Source of the DNA: Nitrospinaceae bacterium
GTDB taxonomy: Bacteria > Nitrospinota > Nitrospinia > Nitrospinales > Nitrospinaceae
DNA length: 64,000 nucleotides
Assembly (NCBI GenBank): GCA_965223665.1
Contig: OZ245011.1
Location: 1,472,001 to 1,536,000, forward strand
Reading direction: 5' to 3'
Shown here: piece after piece, positions 40,818 to 50,275 of the stretch
Layout: every line of letters starts with the position of its first letter
Numbering within the stretch: position 1 is the first letter of the stretch
Program-made: the position numbers and the translations under genes
The notes under the pieces: generated by a model
What the model was told of the DNA's origin: nothing
Seen by the model: the letters and a program-made list of their open reading frames with translations, nothing else
The model's database searches: none

Positions 40818-41510
40818 ATGACAAATTATGGTCAGTTTTGTCCGGTATCTAAAGCGGCGGAGGTATTGTTTGAAAAATGGACAATATTAATCGTGCGGGA
40901 ACTTTTGCTGGGAACCACTCGCTTTAATGATTTTCAGCGCGCCCTATCGAGGATCTCCCCGACTCTTCTCACCAAGCGCCTTAAAGCACTTGAGGAGAAT
41001 GGGGTTATTTTACGAAAACAGGTTTCCGGGCGTCGGGGGTATGAATATCGTTTAACGCCGGCAGGCAAAGAGCTTGAACCTCTTCTGGAAAAAATTGCGG
41101 TTTGGGGGATGCGGTGGGCCAGAGGTCAGATGAGCGACGATGAACTGGATGTGGAATTTCTAATGTGGGAAATTCAACGCAGAATTCAGACCAGATACCT
41201 TCCGGGTGGAGAGACGGTAATCTGTTTTGAGTTTACGGATTTAAAAAAACACAAGTACTGGTGGATCTGGGTTAATGAAGATGAAGTGGATTTGTGCACG
41301 GAAGATCCCGGCAAGGAGGTTGACTTGTACATCACAACGGATTTACGAACCATGGTTGAAGTATGGCAGGGCGATCTGGATTTTAAAAAAGCAGTGAAGA
41401 GCGAAAAACTGGAAACCTATGGCAAAAAAAAATTAACCAAGACCCTGCCGGACTGGATCGGGCTGTGTAAATATTCGAATGTGCGACCTGCTTCTTCTAT
41501 AAATGCATAA
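40818..41510 (+). CDS. HxlR-family winged-helix regulator with SCP2-like C-terminus
   Basis: YGQFCPV, KWTILIVRELL, RFNDF, LTKRLKALE, EYRLTPAG. Confidence 0.9.
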   Translation: MTNYGQFCPVSKAAEVLFEKWTILIVRELLLGTTRFNDFQRALSRISPTLLTKRLKALEENGVILRKQVSGRRGYEYRLTPAGKELEPLLEKIAVWGMRWARGQMSDDELDVEFLMWEIQRRIQTRYLPGGETVICFEFTDLKKHKYWWIWVNEDEVDLCTEDPGKEVDLYITTDLRTMVEVWQGDLDFKKAVKSEKLETYGKKKLTKTLPDWIGLCKYSNVRPASSINA

Positions 41511-41571
41511 GGGACTGCAGGTGCAGAAGATTACTATTTCAAACCCAGTAAAAATGAATAGATAAAAAAAT

Positions 41572-42402
41572 ATGTCTTTCGATGAAAATGTCTCTGAACA
41601 TTACACCCATGGAAATTTGCTTAATGCCGTCAAAAGGGGAATTGAACAACTGGGCAAGACTTCAAGCTCTATCACAGTAGAAGACCTGGCACCTTTGGAT
41701 GAATTTCATATTGGGGGCCGACAGGCTTCAGAAAATTTTTTTGATCAACTCAATTTTTCAGCGGAAGATCATCTTGTCGATGTTGGATGTGGACTCGGTG
41801 GGGCATCGCGGTTCGTTGCCAAAAGATACAACAGCAAAGTTACAGGCATCGATTTAACTCCGGAGTATATAGAAACCGGAAAAGCGCTTTGCACCTGGCT
41901 GGGATTGGATAATCGGGTTGATCTGCAACAAGGCAGCGCTCTTAACTTGCCCTTCGAAAAAGATGTTTTTGACGGAGGTTACATGATGCACGTGGGGATG
42001 AACATCCAGGACAAGATTGGATTATATAAGGAGATTTTTCGGGTGCTTCGCCCTGGTGCTGATTTTGGAGTTTATGATGTCATGCGGGTGGAAGAGGGTG
42101 AATTAATGTATCCGGTTCCATGGGCAAGTACCGCTAATGAAAGTAACGTGGCAAGTCCCGAACAGTATAAACAGGCAATCGAAGAAGCGGGTTTTAAAGT
42201 GACTTCAGAAAATAACCGACATGAATTTGCTCTGTCGTTTTTCGAACAATTACAAAAACATTCTAACAAGGCAGAGGGTCCGCCCCCCTTAGGCATTCAT
42301 ATTCTTATGGGAAACAATTCGGCTGCTAAAGTACAGAATATGATCAAAAACGTTTCCGCCGGGCTTATCTCCCCTGTTGAGCTTATCGCCAGAAAAATTT
42401 AG
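41572..42402 (+). CDS. class I SAM-dependent methyltransferase
   Basis: DEFHIGG, VDVGCGLGG, GIDLT, LPF, RVLRPG. Confidence 0.9.
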   Translation: MSFDENVSEHYTHGNLLNAVKRGIEQLGKTSSSITVEDLAPLDEFHIGGRQASENFFDQLNFSAEDHLVDVGCGLGGASRFVAKRYNSKVTGIDLTPEYIETGKALCTWLGLDNRVDLQQGSALNLPFEKDVFDGGYMMHVGMNIQDKIGLYKEIFRVLRPGADFGVYDVMRVEEGELMYPVPWASTANESNVASPEQYKQAIEEAGFKVTSENNRHEFALSFFEQLQKHSNKAEGPPPLGIHILMGNNSAAKVQNMIKNVSAGLISPVELIARKI

Positions 42403-42416
42403 TCAGCGATTGAAAT

Positions 42417-42445
42417 AAGGTCCACTATCGGTCGAAAGTGGACAC
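42417..42445 (+). repeat. family C short palindrome (perfect 7-bp stem)
   Basis: GTCCACT-ATCGGTCGAA-AGTGGAC. Confidence 0.65.
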
Positions 42446-42584
42446 CCATTTAAATTAAAAAACAAACTTTTCTCAGAGTCACACCATCCACAACAGAAGT
42501 GTCCTTGATTAAGAAAGATTGAGAAGTAGAAACGGCCAGCCTGTTTGTATTGACCTCAACGCGACGACTCAAACTGTTTTGCAA

Positions 42585-42938
42585 TCAGGGAAAAGGAATA
42601 TGAACCCCAACTCCAATATCAACACCACCCTCAATAGTCGGTTTATTTTGTCCGCCTGAATTACGGGGTTGCCGGACGTCAGGGTAATCCCCTCGCTGCT
42701 TTGTCGGGTAGTGACTGATTCTTCTGGGCTGACATTTTTTAGCATGTCCGGGAGGGACTTTTCCTTGTTTAGCTAACCCGGGTGGTGTACCACAACGACT
42801 GTTGTGACTTTTGGAATAATTGCCATTTCCTTTATGTTTTCCCCATTTTTTACCACCTGCAAATGAAACAGATGAAAAGAGAAAAATTAATACCAACGCC
42901 GGGATCACAAAAAATACCGATTTATTCATGGACCGCAT
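42585..42938 (-). CDS. secreted low-complexity protein with PPGLAK motif
   Basis: Signal peptide ending SFA, PPGLAKQGKVPPGHAKK; GAGGAG RBS. Confidence 0.7.
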   Translation of the reverse strand: MRSMNKSVFFVIPALVLIFLFSSVSFAGGKKWGKHKGNGNYSKSHNSRCGTPPGLAKQGKVPPGHAKKCQPRRISHYPTKQRGDYPDVRQPRNSGGQNKPTIEGGVDIGVGVHIPFP

Positions 42939-43174
42939 TCAATATCCTCCTCAGTTATAAAAATTATAAAAACAGGTTAAGGACATTACCGGGTTTGTGA
43001 AACAGATAAATGTGGGGAGAATCCAAAGGATTGAAAAATCAGATCAACAAAAATTTAATTTTCCAGGTAAATCTATGCCATTGCAAACGCTTTATAATCA
43101 TTTCTTTTTCAAATGGAGACCTGCCTCCTGAGTAAGGAAAAAACGCAGCACAGATAATCCAGGAATTCTGGACT

Positions 43175-43266
43175 AACAACTGAAAAATTGCCAATGAGGC
43201 AGATTAAAAGAATACAACAAATAACCTCCTCGAAACCAGTTCAGTAAATAAAGGATGATATAATTT
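43175..43266 (+). promoter_or_regulatory. repeat A copy with extended -10 promoter
   Basis: AACAACTGAAAAATTGCCAATGAGGCAGATTAAAA ... TAAATAAAGGATGATATAATTTC. Confidence 0.7.
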
Positions 43267-43273
43267 CATCATT

Positions 43274-43726
43274 ATGAAAATTTCACTTCTGGCTGATCAT
43301 AAAGAGGTATTACCTATTCTGACTGACTGGTACTTATTAGAATGGGAACCGTACTATGGAGTTCATGGCACTGGAAATGCACAAGCGGATCTCGAGTCTC
43401 GCTGCAATTACGACGAGATTCCTATTGGCCTGGTGGCAATGGAGGGAGACCGAGTCTGCGGAACCATTGCGTTAGACCAGGATGCAGCCACTGATCTTAC
43501 GCCCTCAGTGGTAGGCTTGTTGGTAGACCGTGCCCATCGAAGAAAAGGCATTGGGAAGGAACTCTTAAAATCGGCAGAAAATCTTGCACGTAAACTTGGA
43601 TACAAACGGGTCTATATGAGTACCACCGTCCTGGGCAACCTGCTTGAAGGCCGGGGATGGCAACAATTGAAGGAAGTTACGTTTCTGAATGGAGAACAGG
43701 GGTTAATTTATGTCCGCGAATTTTAA
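43274..43726 (+). CDS. GNAT acetyltransferase
   Basis: LLVDRAHRRKGIGKELL motif A. Confidence 0.88.
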   Translation: MKISLLADHKEVLPILTDWYLLEWEPYYGVHGTGNAQADLESRCNYDEIPIGLVAMEGDRVCGTIALDQDAATDLTPSVVGLLVDRAHRRKGIGKELLKSAENLARKLGYKRVYMSTTVLGNLLEGRGWQQLKEVTFLNGEQGLIYVREF

Positions 43727-43838
43727 TATAGATCGTTTCCAAGTCCGCTAATGATATTGCCATCTCCTTTCAGGATGATAGAATCCAAAGTGGAAAAGTT
43801 ATATAATTGTTAAAAAGCATCGATAAAGGTTAATTATT

Positions 43839-44633
43839 ATGTGGAACTGGTTTCGTAAATTTCGGCGCAGGAAATTACTGGCTGAGCCTTTCCCCAGCGA
43901 GTGGGAAACGTACATCCAAAAAAGCCTTCCTTATTATAAGCACCTGAACGCTGAAGAACAAAAGCGGTTGCGGAGCCTCGTCCAGATCTTTATTGCCGAG
44001 AAAGATTGGCTGGGATGCAACGGCCTGGAGTTGACCGATGAAATTCGCGTTGTCATTGCCGCCCATGCCTGTTTGCTGATCCTGGCGTTGCCCAACGAAT
44101 TTTACCGCAATGTGAAGTCCATTTATGTTTACCCGACCACGGTCGTTTCGCCCGAGAGTCCCACCAGTTTTTTTGATATTCCGACGTCTCCGGTGCGGGG
44201 TCCGTTTCCCATTCTCGGCGAAGCGCATCATCAGGGTCCGGTGATCCTCGTCTGGGATGCTATTAAAAAAGAAACACGCCATCCCGAAGGCGGCCATAAC
44301 GTGGTCTATCACGAATTCGCGCACAAACTGGACATGCTCGATGGCAGTGCCGACGGCACACCTCCCCTGGCCACGGCGGAGGAATTCAAGCAGTGGGTTG
44401 AGGTCTGTTCCAAAACATACCTGGAATTACGTGACAAGGTGGAAAAAGGCAAGCCGGTAAAAATTGACAGTTACGCGGCGACGAATGAAGCGGAGTTTTT
44501 CGCGGTGGTGACGGAATATTTTTTCAACAAACCACAAAATATGAAAAAGCATCATCCCAAACTGTATCAGGTGCTACAGAGTTTCTATCAGCAAGACCCC
44601 GCGCAGAAAATGCTGAACTCTTCACAATCTTAG
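43839..44633 (+). CDS. mtfA: zinc-dependent peptidase, M90/MtfA family
   Basis: NVVYHEFAHKLD, DG.P, YAATNEAEFFAV..EYFF. Confidence 0.88.
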   Translation: MWNWFRKFRRRKLLAEPFPSEWETYIQKSLPYYKHLNAEEQKRLRSLVQIFIAEKDWLGCNGLELTDEIRVVIAAHACLLILALPNEFYRNVKSIYVYPTTVVSPESPTSFFDIPTSPVRGPFPILGEAHHQGPVILVWDAIKKETRHPEGGHNVVYHEFAHKLDMLDGSADGTPPLATAEEFKQWVEVCSKTYLELRDKVEKGKPVKIDSYAATNEAEFFAVVTEYFFNKPQNMKKHHPKLYQVLQSFYQQDPAQKMLNSSQS

Positions 44634-44779
44634 ACAACCTAACTAACCTGATTTCGTCTCAAATCAAATAGAGTTGTCTGCTCCAGCAATTTCCACTACA
44701 ATGTGATTGGCAACCATGAGAGAAAGAGCATACCCGAAAAATTTAAATGCAAGTCCTTCTAAAGGAGAAATCCCTACCT

Positions 44780-45388
44780 ATGAAAACGGGAAAAAGAAAA
44801 CTTATTTTCATACTGATTTTAAGCTTATTCATTTATGCCTGCGGCTCTGGCCTTTCAAATGGAGTGATGCATGATTTAAAAATCGCTAATCAGGCGGAAC
44901 GCAACGGAGTTTGGAGTACCGCCAAAACTCATTATGAAAAAGCTTTAGTTCAGGCCAAGGCGGAAGGAGCCACCGAAAAGATGCAAGCCATATTAAATTA
45001 CCAATACGGGAGAGCTTTAGGAGTCACTTGTTCTTTTAAGGAAGCGGAGCAGCACCTCTTAAAAGCCCTTGAACAGGATGAAAGAAATAATGGGGACACA
45101 TTCAAGGATTTAACCGAATTGGCCCGGTTGCATTATGACCAGAAAAATTATTCCAAAGCGATTTCTTATTTCGAAAAAAATATTCCCATCCTTGAAAAGT
45201 GGGATGCGTCGAGCAAAGCACCTATTGCATATTCAGAAATATTATTTGAATATTCACGAGCCCTTCATCATACGGGAAATACCTCCAAAGCCGAGGACTT
45301 GAAAAATAAAGCAATGGATATCCGTAACCAACACTCTCAGAGATATTCCATTACGGAACGCACCCCTTATGGAAAATATTGTGATTGA
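44780..45388 (+). CDS. TPR lipoprotein
   Basis: Lipobox IYAC, TPR-like helices. Confidence 0.8.
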   Translation: MKTGKRKLIFILILSLFIYACGSGLSNGVMHDLKIANQAERNGVWSTAKTHYEKALVQAKAEGATEKMQAILNYQYGRALGVTCSFKEAEQHLLKALEQDERNNGDTFKDLTELARLHYDQKNYSKAISYFEKNIPILEKWDASSKAPIAYSEILFEYSRALHHTGNTSKAEDLKNKAMDIRNQHSQRYSITERTPYGKYCD

Positions 45389-45443
45389 TGTAAAAAATTT
45401 TCCGGAACCCCAGCGTTTTTAAACAATGCTTACCGGGAGGATT

Positions 45444-45965
45444 ATGCCAAAGACAAAACTCTGGATTATGATATGCATGGTACTTATAGCTGCGGGGTGT
45501 ACCTTACCTCGTTTTCCGGGAGACTCTATTTCCAAAGCTCCAAAACCAACCCCTAATAAGGATTATGCCACCGTCTATCTTTACCGATATGGTAAGAACA
45601 CTCCCATAAAAACCGGCATCGTTAGAATGTATGTTGATAACAATTTGGCGTTCAAAGCGGCAGATTCAAGTTTCACCTGGATATTAGTTAAACCTGGGTT
45701 ACACGAAATAAAAACTTCCTGGACATGGGATACCAAACCCCTTTTAGCAGGAGGTTATTTCGATAATGATGATAAAAATCTGTCCATTAATTTCGAAGCA
45801 GGAGAAACTTACTATATTAATTACAGGACCACAGAGGGTTATGATTCCATGGGACGTTTTAAAAATATTTTAATTGTCAAAGCCGAGTTGGAAAATACAA
45901 AATCCTACGTAGCACTTAGCGAAATGGAAAACTGTGGGTACCTGAGTAATAGTTATAAACCCTAG
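45444..45965 (+). CDS. DUF2846-like lipoprotein
   Basis: Lipobox AAGC, ATVYLYR, PGLHEI, EAGETYY. Confidence 0.75.
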   Translation: MPKTKLWIMICMVLIAAGCTLPRFPGDSISKAPKPTPNKDYATVYLYRYGKNTPIKTGIVRMYVDNNLAFKAADSSFTWILVKPGLHEIKTSWTWDTKPLLAGGYFDNDDKNLSINFEAGETYYINYRTTEGYDSMGRFKNILIVKAELENTKSYVALSEMENCGYLSNSYKP

Positions 45966-45977
45966 ACAGTGAAAAGA

Positions 45978-46048
45978 TTCTGTGGGTTCTGCATTCACAC
46001 ATACTCATCGAAAACAAAATTTTCCCTCCGGGCGTGGCCCGAAAATCC
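45978..46048 (+). repeat. REP/MITE-like repeat family D
   Basis: GGTTCTGCATTCACACATACTCATCGAAAA...CCGGGCGTGGCCCG, close to 49745-49808. Confidence 0.75.
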
Positions 46049-46149
46049 ATTAAAATACTTGCCTAAAAAAGAAAAAATCGAGTAACAAAATATATTTAAT
46101 ATTCAAGTACGGTAAAATAACCTTTTAATATTCTGAATTCAAAGTTTGT

Positions 46150-47571
46150 ATGGAAATTTTGAAATTACTTTATATTGCATTGGGGCCTGGAATAGCGTTA
46201 GCAGTTTATATTTATTATTCCGACAAGTGGGAACCAGAACCCAAATTGATGGTAAGCAAAACTTTTTTATTAGGGGGTTTTGCCTGCTTTCCTGCAAGCT
46301 ATATGGAAAGTGCGCTGGAAAATATTTTTGGTTTAGAAAAAGCATTTGTTGGCAACTCGAGTTTCTTCGGGTGGCAACATGTTTTCTATGCTTTTGTCGT
46401 AGTGGCTTTGGTAGAAGAATTTTGTAAATTTTTATTCCTTAAAGGTTTCATCTATGATGACAGAGAATTTAATGAGCCCTTTGACGGAATTGTCTATGGA
46501 GCCTTATTTGGTTGTGGATTTGCTACTGTGGAAAACCTGTTTTACGTGTTTCCACTGGGACAAGAAACAGGCATTTTCAGGATGTTTACAGCAGTTCCCT
46601 CCCATGTTTTTGAGGGAATTATTTTTGGATACTTTATGGGAAAAGCAAAATTTGGTTTTGAGCCAGAAAAAACTTTGATGAAAGGTTTTTTGGTAACCGT
46701 AAGTCTCCATGGAATATATGATGTAGCCGCTTTATCCCATTTTAACTGGTCGTATCTTGCTATATTGGGAATGGTATCCCTGGGTATCTATTTTGGGTTG
46801 AGGGCAAAAAAAGACCTGGAAAAACATTCTACAGTGATTGAATTTTCACCTGCAAAATTCAAGATTTCAAAAAAGGGAATAACAAAAAAATACTTAGCAC
46901 TAAAAGATATCCGTTGTTTATTGTCTGAGGGTAAACTAAGCCCTGAGGATTCTCTCGTTGCTGTAAAAAGCAAAAATACCAAGCTGGTAAAAGAAGTTTT
47001 TTCTCCTCAAATTATTTCGCAATACAAAGGTCTAACCAAAATCCCTACCAAGGGGCAATCCATAGGCTTCTTTTTGCTCTTATATAGTCTGACCTTTGGT
47101 TTTTATTTTTACTTTTGGTTTCTTAGAAATTACAGAAAGTTTCGAAATCATAAAGGGATCAAGTTAAACCCGGAATATAAGACCTTACAACTTTTTATTT
47201 TTTCAATTCTACCTTATATTATTTTTAAAGTAATTCTGGAAAAATTATACGGAATTCAATTTGAAAACTATGTCACGATCTCCTTAGAATGGATTGTTGC
47301 AGGAATTCAAACCGCATTCTTATACCTTCAACTCAAAACAATTAAAAGGTTTTTAAAAAGGAGGTTAAAAGGAACTTTTAATGTTTCAATTATCGCGATT
47401 CAATTTTTTATTTTAAATGGTTTAATAAACATGCTGCCCCATAATATGCCCTATTTTTTATTTTATTTTTTTGTTTTAGTTTTAATTCAGGGTTGGGTTT
47501 TAGTCAGTGTCCAAAAAGATTTAAATGAATATTGGCTACAGGAAAGAAGGCGACTGGTTGAAATGAAATAA
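46150..47571 (+). CDS. PrsW-family intramembrane protease with C-terminal DUF4234-like membrane extension
   Basis: EPEP, VEEFCKF, DGIVYG, GFATVEN, HxxH...LHGIYD; SLTFGFYFYFW in the extension. Confidence 0.82.
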   Translation: MEILKLLYIALGPGIALAVYIYYSDKWEPEPKLMVSKTFLLGGFACFPASYMESALENIFGLEKAFVGNSSFFGWQHVFYAFVVVALVEEFCKFLFLKGFIYDDREFNEPFDGIVYGALFGCGFATVENLFYVFPLGQETGIFRMFTAVPSHVFEGIIFGYFMGKAKFGFEPEKTLMKGFLVTVSLHGIYDVAALSHFNWSYLAILGMVSLGIYFGLRAKKDLEKHSTVIEFSPAKFKISKKGITKKYLALKDIRCLLSEGKLSPEDSLVAVKSKNTKLVKEVFSPQIISQYKGLTKIPTKGQSIGFFLLLYSLTFGFYFYFWFLRNYRKFRNHKGIKLNPEYKTLQLFIFSILPYIIFKVILEKLYGIQFENYVTISLEWIVAGIQTAFLYLQLKTIKRFLKRRLKGTFNVSIIAIQFFILNGLINMLPHNMPYFLFYFFVLVLIQGWVLVSVQKDLNEYWLQERRRLVEMK

Positions 47572-47655
47572 TTTCCGCGCATATATCATCCCATGCAAAA
47601 AAATATATGCTGCAATAAATCGGTAAATGATTCCTTCATTTACCAGTCCCTATAA

Positions 47656-48240
47656 TTAATTCTCACCATGCAGGCTTTCTTTTCCAAACTTTTCATTGGC
47701 CACATAACCTTCTCCTTCTATATTGCGACCCATTTTTTGAAGGACACTGATATAACGTTCCAATGTATGGGTTGTTAAGGGGTCTTTTTGACCTAAAGTT
47801 TTTTCAAAAATATTTAATGCGCGTTTCAGTATAGGCTCTGCCTCTTCAAACTTTTCTTGGGAGAGATAGTTTTCTCCTAGATTTTTCAGATTTGCCGCCA
47901 CAATAATGTGTTTATCCCCATAAATTTTTTCTGAGTTCTCAAGAGATTGCTTAATATAAATTTCCGCTTCCACGTATTTATTCTGTGCCCTATAAACTTC
48001 CATTAAATTGTTCAGGGACAAATTTAATCTGGGATCGTTTATAGAGAATTCTTCTGCCTGCTTAAGCGCGGCCAAAAATTGATTTTGAGCTTCCAGTAAA
48101 TTCCCGGCATTGTAGGCAGATAATCCAGCATGATTATAGTCTTCCCAATTCTTTGTTGGAGGATAAAAATAGTTCTTGAGGAAAAGTAGAGTTCCAACAA
48201 CTGCTACGAATATTGCCAAAGCCTTTGTTTTTGTCATCAA
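47656..48240 (-). CDS. TPR (kinesin light chain-like) membrane-anchored protein
   Basis: SLNNL..VY..Q.KY.EAE...KQSL repeats. Confidence 0.85.
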   Translation of the reverse strand: MMTKTKALAIFVAVVGTLLFLKNYFYPPTKNWEDYNHAGLSAYNAGNLLEAQNQFLAALKQAEEFSINDPRLNLSLNNLMEVYRAQNKYVEAEIYIKQSLENSEKIYGDKHIIVAANLKNLGENYLSQEKFEEAEPILKRALNIFEKTLGQKDPLTTHTLERYISVLQKMGRNIEGEGYVANEKFGKESLHGEN

Positions 48241-48688
48241 AAGGGCCCTTGCGCAAAGGATATTTAATAATCTATATTGTAGAAGATTATACCCTACACT
48301 TGAACCAAATTGATTTTAGTATTGGAAAAAGAAGAACTTTCTCCAATGGAATTGGTGAGGCAGGTCGCCGTGCCGTATCGATCCAACCGCATGACGGCAT
48401 TGGGGCTGGCCTCTGTCCACAGTCAGGCCCTCCATGAATAGTTTCGTTATCAATCTTTATATCCCGTGCCCCGTAGGCCCAGCGGCCAGATCCCTTCCAG
48501 GTAGGTCGCGGAAATAAGTTTGACTCGGCTCTATATTTCCATCCGAGTTGTTTCACATCCTGGCTATTGATCAGGATTCCATTCACATGGCTCCAGGATT
48601 GGGAATGGGTTCTGGAGTTTCCTCCGGCAATGGATTTGTAGGCAATTAATGAAAGTGGAAATTGATCATCCTGATCCTGCGCAGAAAG

Positions 48689-49423
48689 TTACGAACCGCG
48701 CGCTATTCTCTCCACCGTTTCCTGCACGGCGGGAGTTTTGGAAGTGATCTGCGTGGGTTCGCCTTCCTTAAAACGGAAGTCGCAATGGGCGCAACCATCG
48801 GCCAGCGTCTGTGTGCGAATGAGTCCCCAGCCCAACGCATCGCTCAACGCAATGTCTGACATACAGATGTAGGGAGCAAACTCTTCTCCGCCATGACTTT
48901 TTACAAAGTTTATGTTTCCGCATTGAAGATAATTCACACCAAAGTCGAAATCGTTACCGTCTCCCACCAGGTACTCCACTTCAAAGTCGCCCAAATGGGC
49001 CCTCTCCTGTTTTCTGGCCCGCCTCTTCAAAATCATCCTTGCCAGCGATGAAAACATGAATTTTTTCATCAGCCACTTTTTCCATTTGGGAATCTCATCT
49101 GTTCGTAACCGGATGGCCTCGTGGCAAAGCTCCCACGCTTCCGCAACGGACTTGCCATGTTGCTTCATTACTTTATACACGGCGAGTTCCTGTGCGGTGA
49201 TGAGAAGAAAAGCATTGAACGGCCTGCCCCGAAATCTCTGGATGTAGGGAATCTCCGGGATGAGCTTTTCAAATTCCTGATGCGCTTCAGTCTTGAACCG
49301 GTCGGAGAATTCCTTACCAAAATGGGTGATCACCCAATCTTCAGTTAAAGACACGGTATGATCAAACTCTTCCAGAAGAGATTCCTTCTGCGCTGAGTAA
49401 TAACCTGTTATCTGGTCAGACAT
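48689..49423 (-). CDS. L-2-amino-thiazoline-4-carboxylate hydrolase-family protein
   Basis: C...F......EFAPYICMSD, LIRTQTLADGCAHCDFRF. Confidence 0.8.
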   Translation of the reverse strand: MSDQITGYYSAQKESLLEEFDHTVSLTEDWVITHFGKEFSDRFKTEAHQEFEKLIPEIPYIQRFRGRPFNAFLLITAQELAVYKVMKQHGKSVAEAWELCHEAIRLRTDEIPKWKKWLMKKFMFSSLARMILKRRARKQERAHLGDFEVEYLVGDGNDFDFGVNYLQCGNINFVKSHGGEEFAPYICMSDIALSDALGWGLIRTQTLADGCAHCDFRFKEGEPTQITSKTPAVQETVERIARGS

Positions 49424-49744
49424 TTTAAAGACTCTCTAAATTAAGGCTTCATATTAATAAAGACCGGACGGGGATCGGTTTTATTCCCATCGATTGCTTT
49501 GGCAACCCACTCCAAGAAAGGGAACTTCTCACAAATAAGATTAAGGGAAAACCCCTGGAGGTAAAATCTCTCAGCCCGCAGCGTGACGCTGCACCCAGAA
49601 TAAATTTTCGATAGTTTTCTTAACGTTCCTGATGGTTATTCGATAACTTAAAATTATTTTTGCCTCCCACCGCAAGGTTGGGAAAAAGGGATCGCATAAG
49701 CTTCCACTAATTCATTTTTTGGTTCAAAGGTTAAGGTTGCTGAT

Positions 49745-49860
49745 GGTTCTTCATTCACACAGACTCATCGAAAATTAAACTTTTCCTCCGGACGTGGTCC
49801 GGAAACCCCTGAATGGGAATCACCCTGGCCCTCTTAAGAAAAGAGGAAATACATGGGTCT
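49745..49860 (+). repeat. REP/MITE-like repeat family D, longest copy (inverted partial copy at about 49548-49620)
   Basis: CCGGACGTGGTCCGG and CCTCTTAAGAAAAGAGG hairpins; aligns to 19268-19360 (reverse complement), 45978 and 39454. Confidence 0.75.
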
Positions 49861-50275
49861 TTTTTTAATCCTTTGTATTTTGTTCTCTACCCGAGATTAT
49901 TCCAAAGTCTCTCCCATAATGCAGATGAACCCTTTCGGTGTTATTCACCCTGTTAAAGGGTCCGATTGTTTTTACCGCCTTTACCGTGTTGACAGAAAAT
50001 TATGGGTTAAGTTCTGCCTTGAGGCCATTAACCTATAGGATAAAACTAATTCTAAAAGACCATTGATCGAGTAACTCCATTGCTCGCATTTGATTTTACG
50101 AAGTACTTATTTCAAAAAACCTAACCATTTATTTTTAGAATCGTTTTTGGTGTAAATACATCATTAAATAGTACTTATTTGCTGAATAGATACCGAAGTT
50201 TTAGAAAATCAGGTGTGAACTTATAAAAATATGGAAAACTCAAATTTTAACCCGGGTATTTGCAGAAAATAGACT

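Noticed and set aside
48287-48586. 99-aa minus-strand ORF between the ATC hydrolase and TPR genes
   Set aside because: No RBS or family motif; may be a decayed gene remnant but cannot be supported
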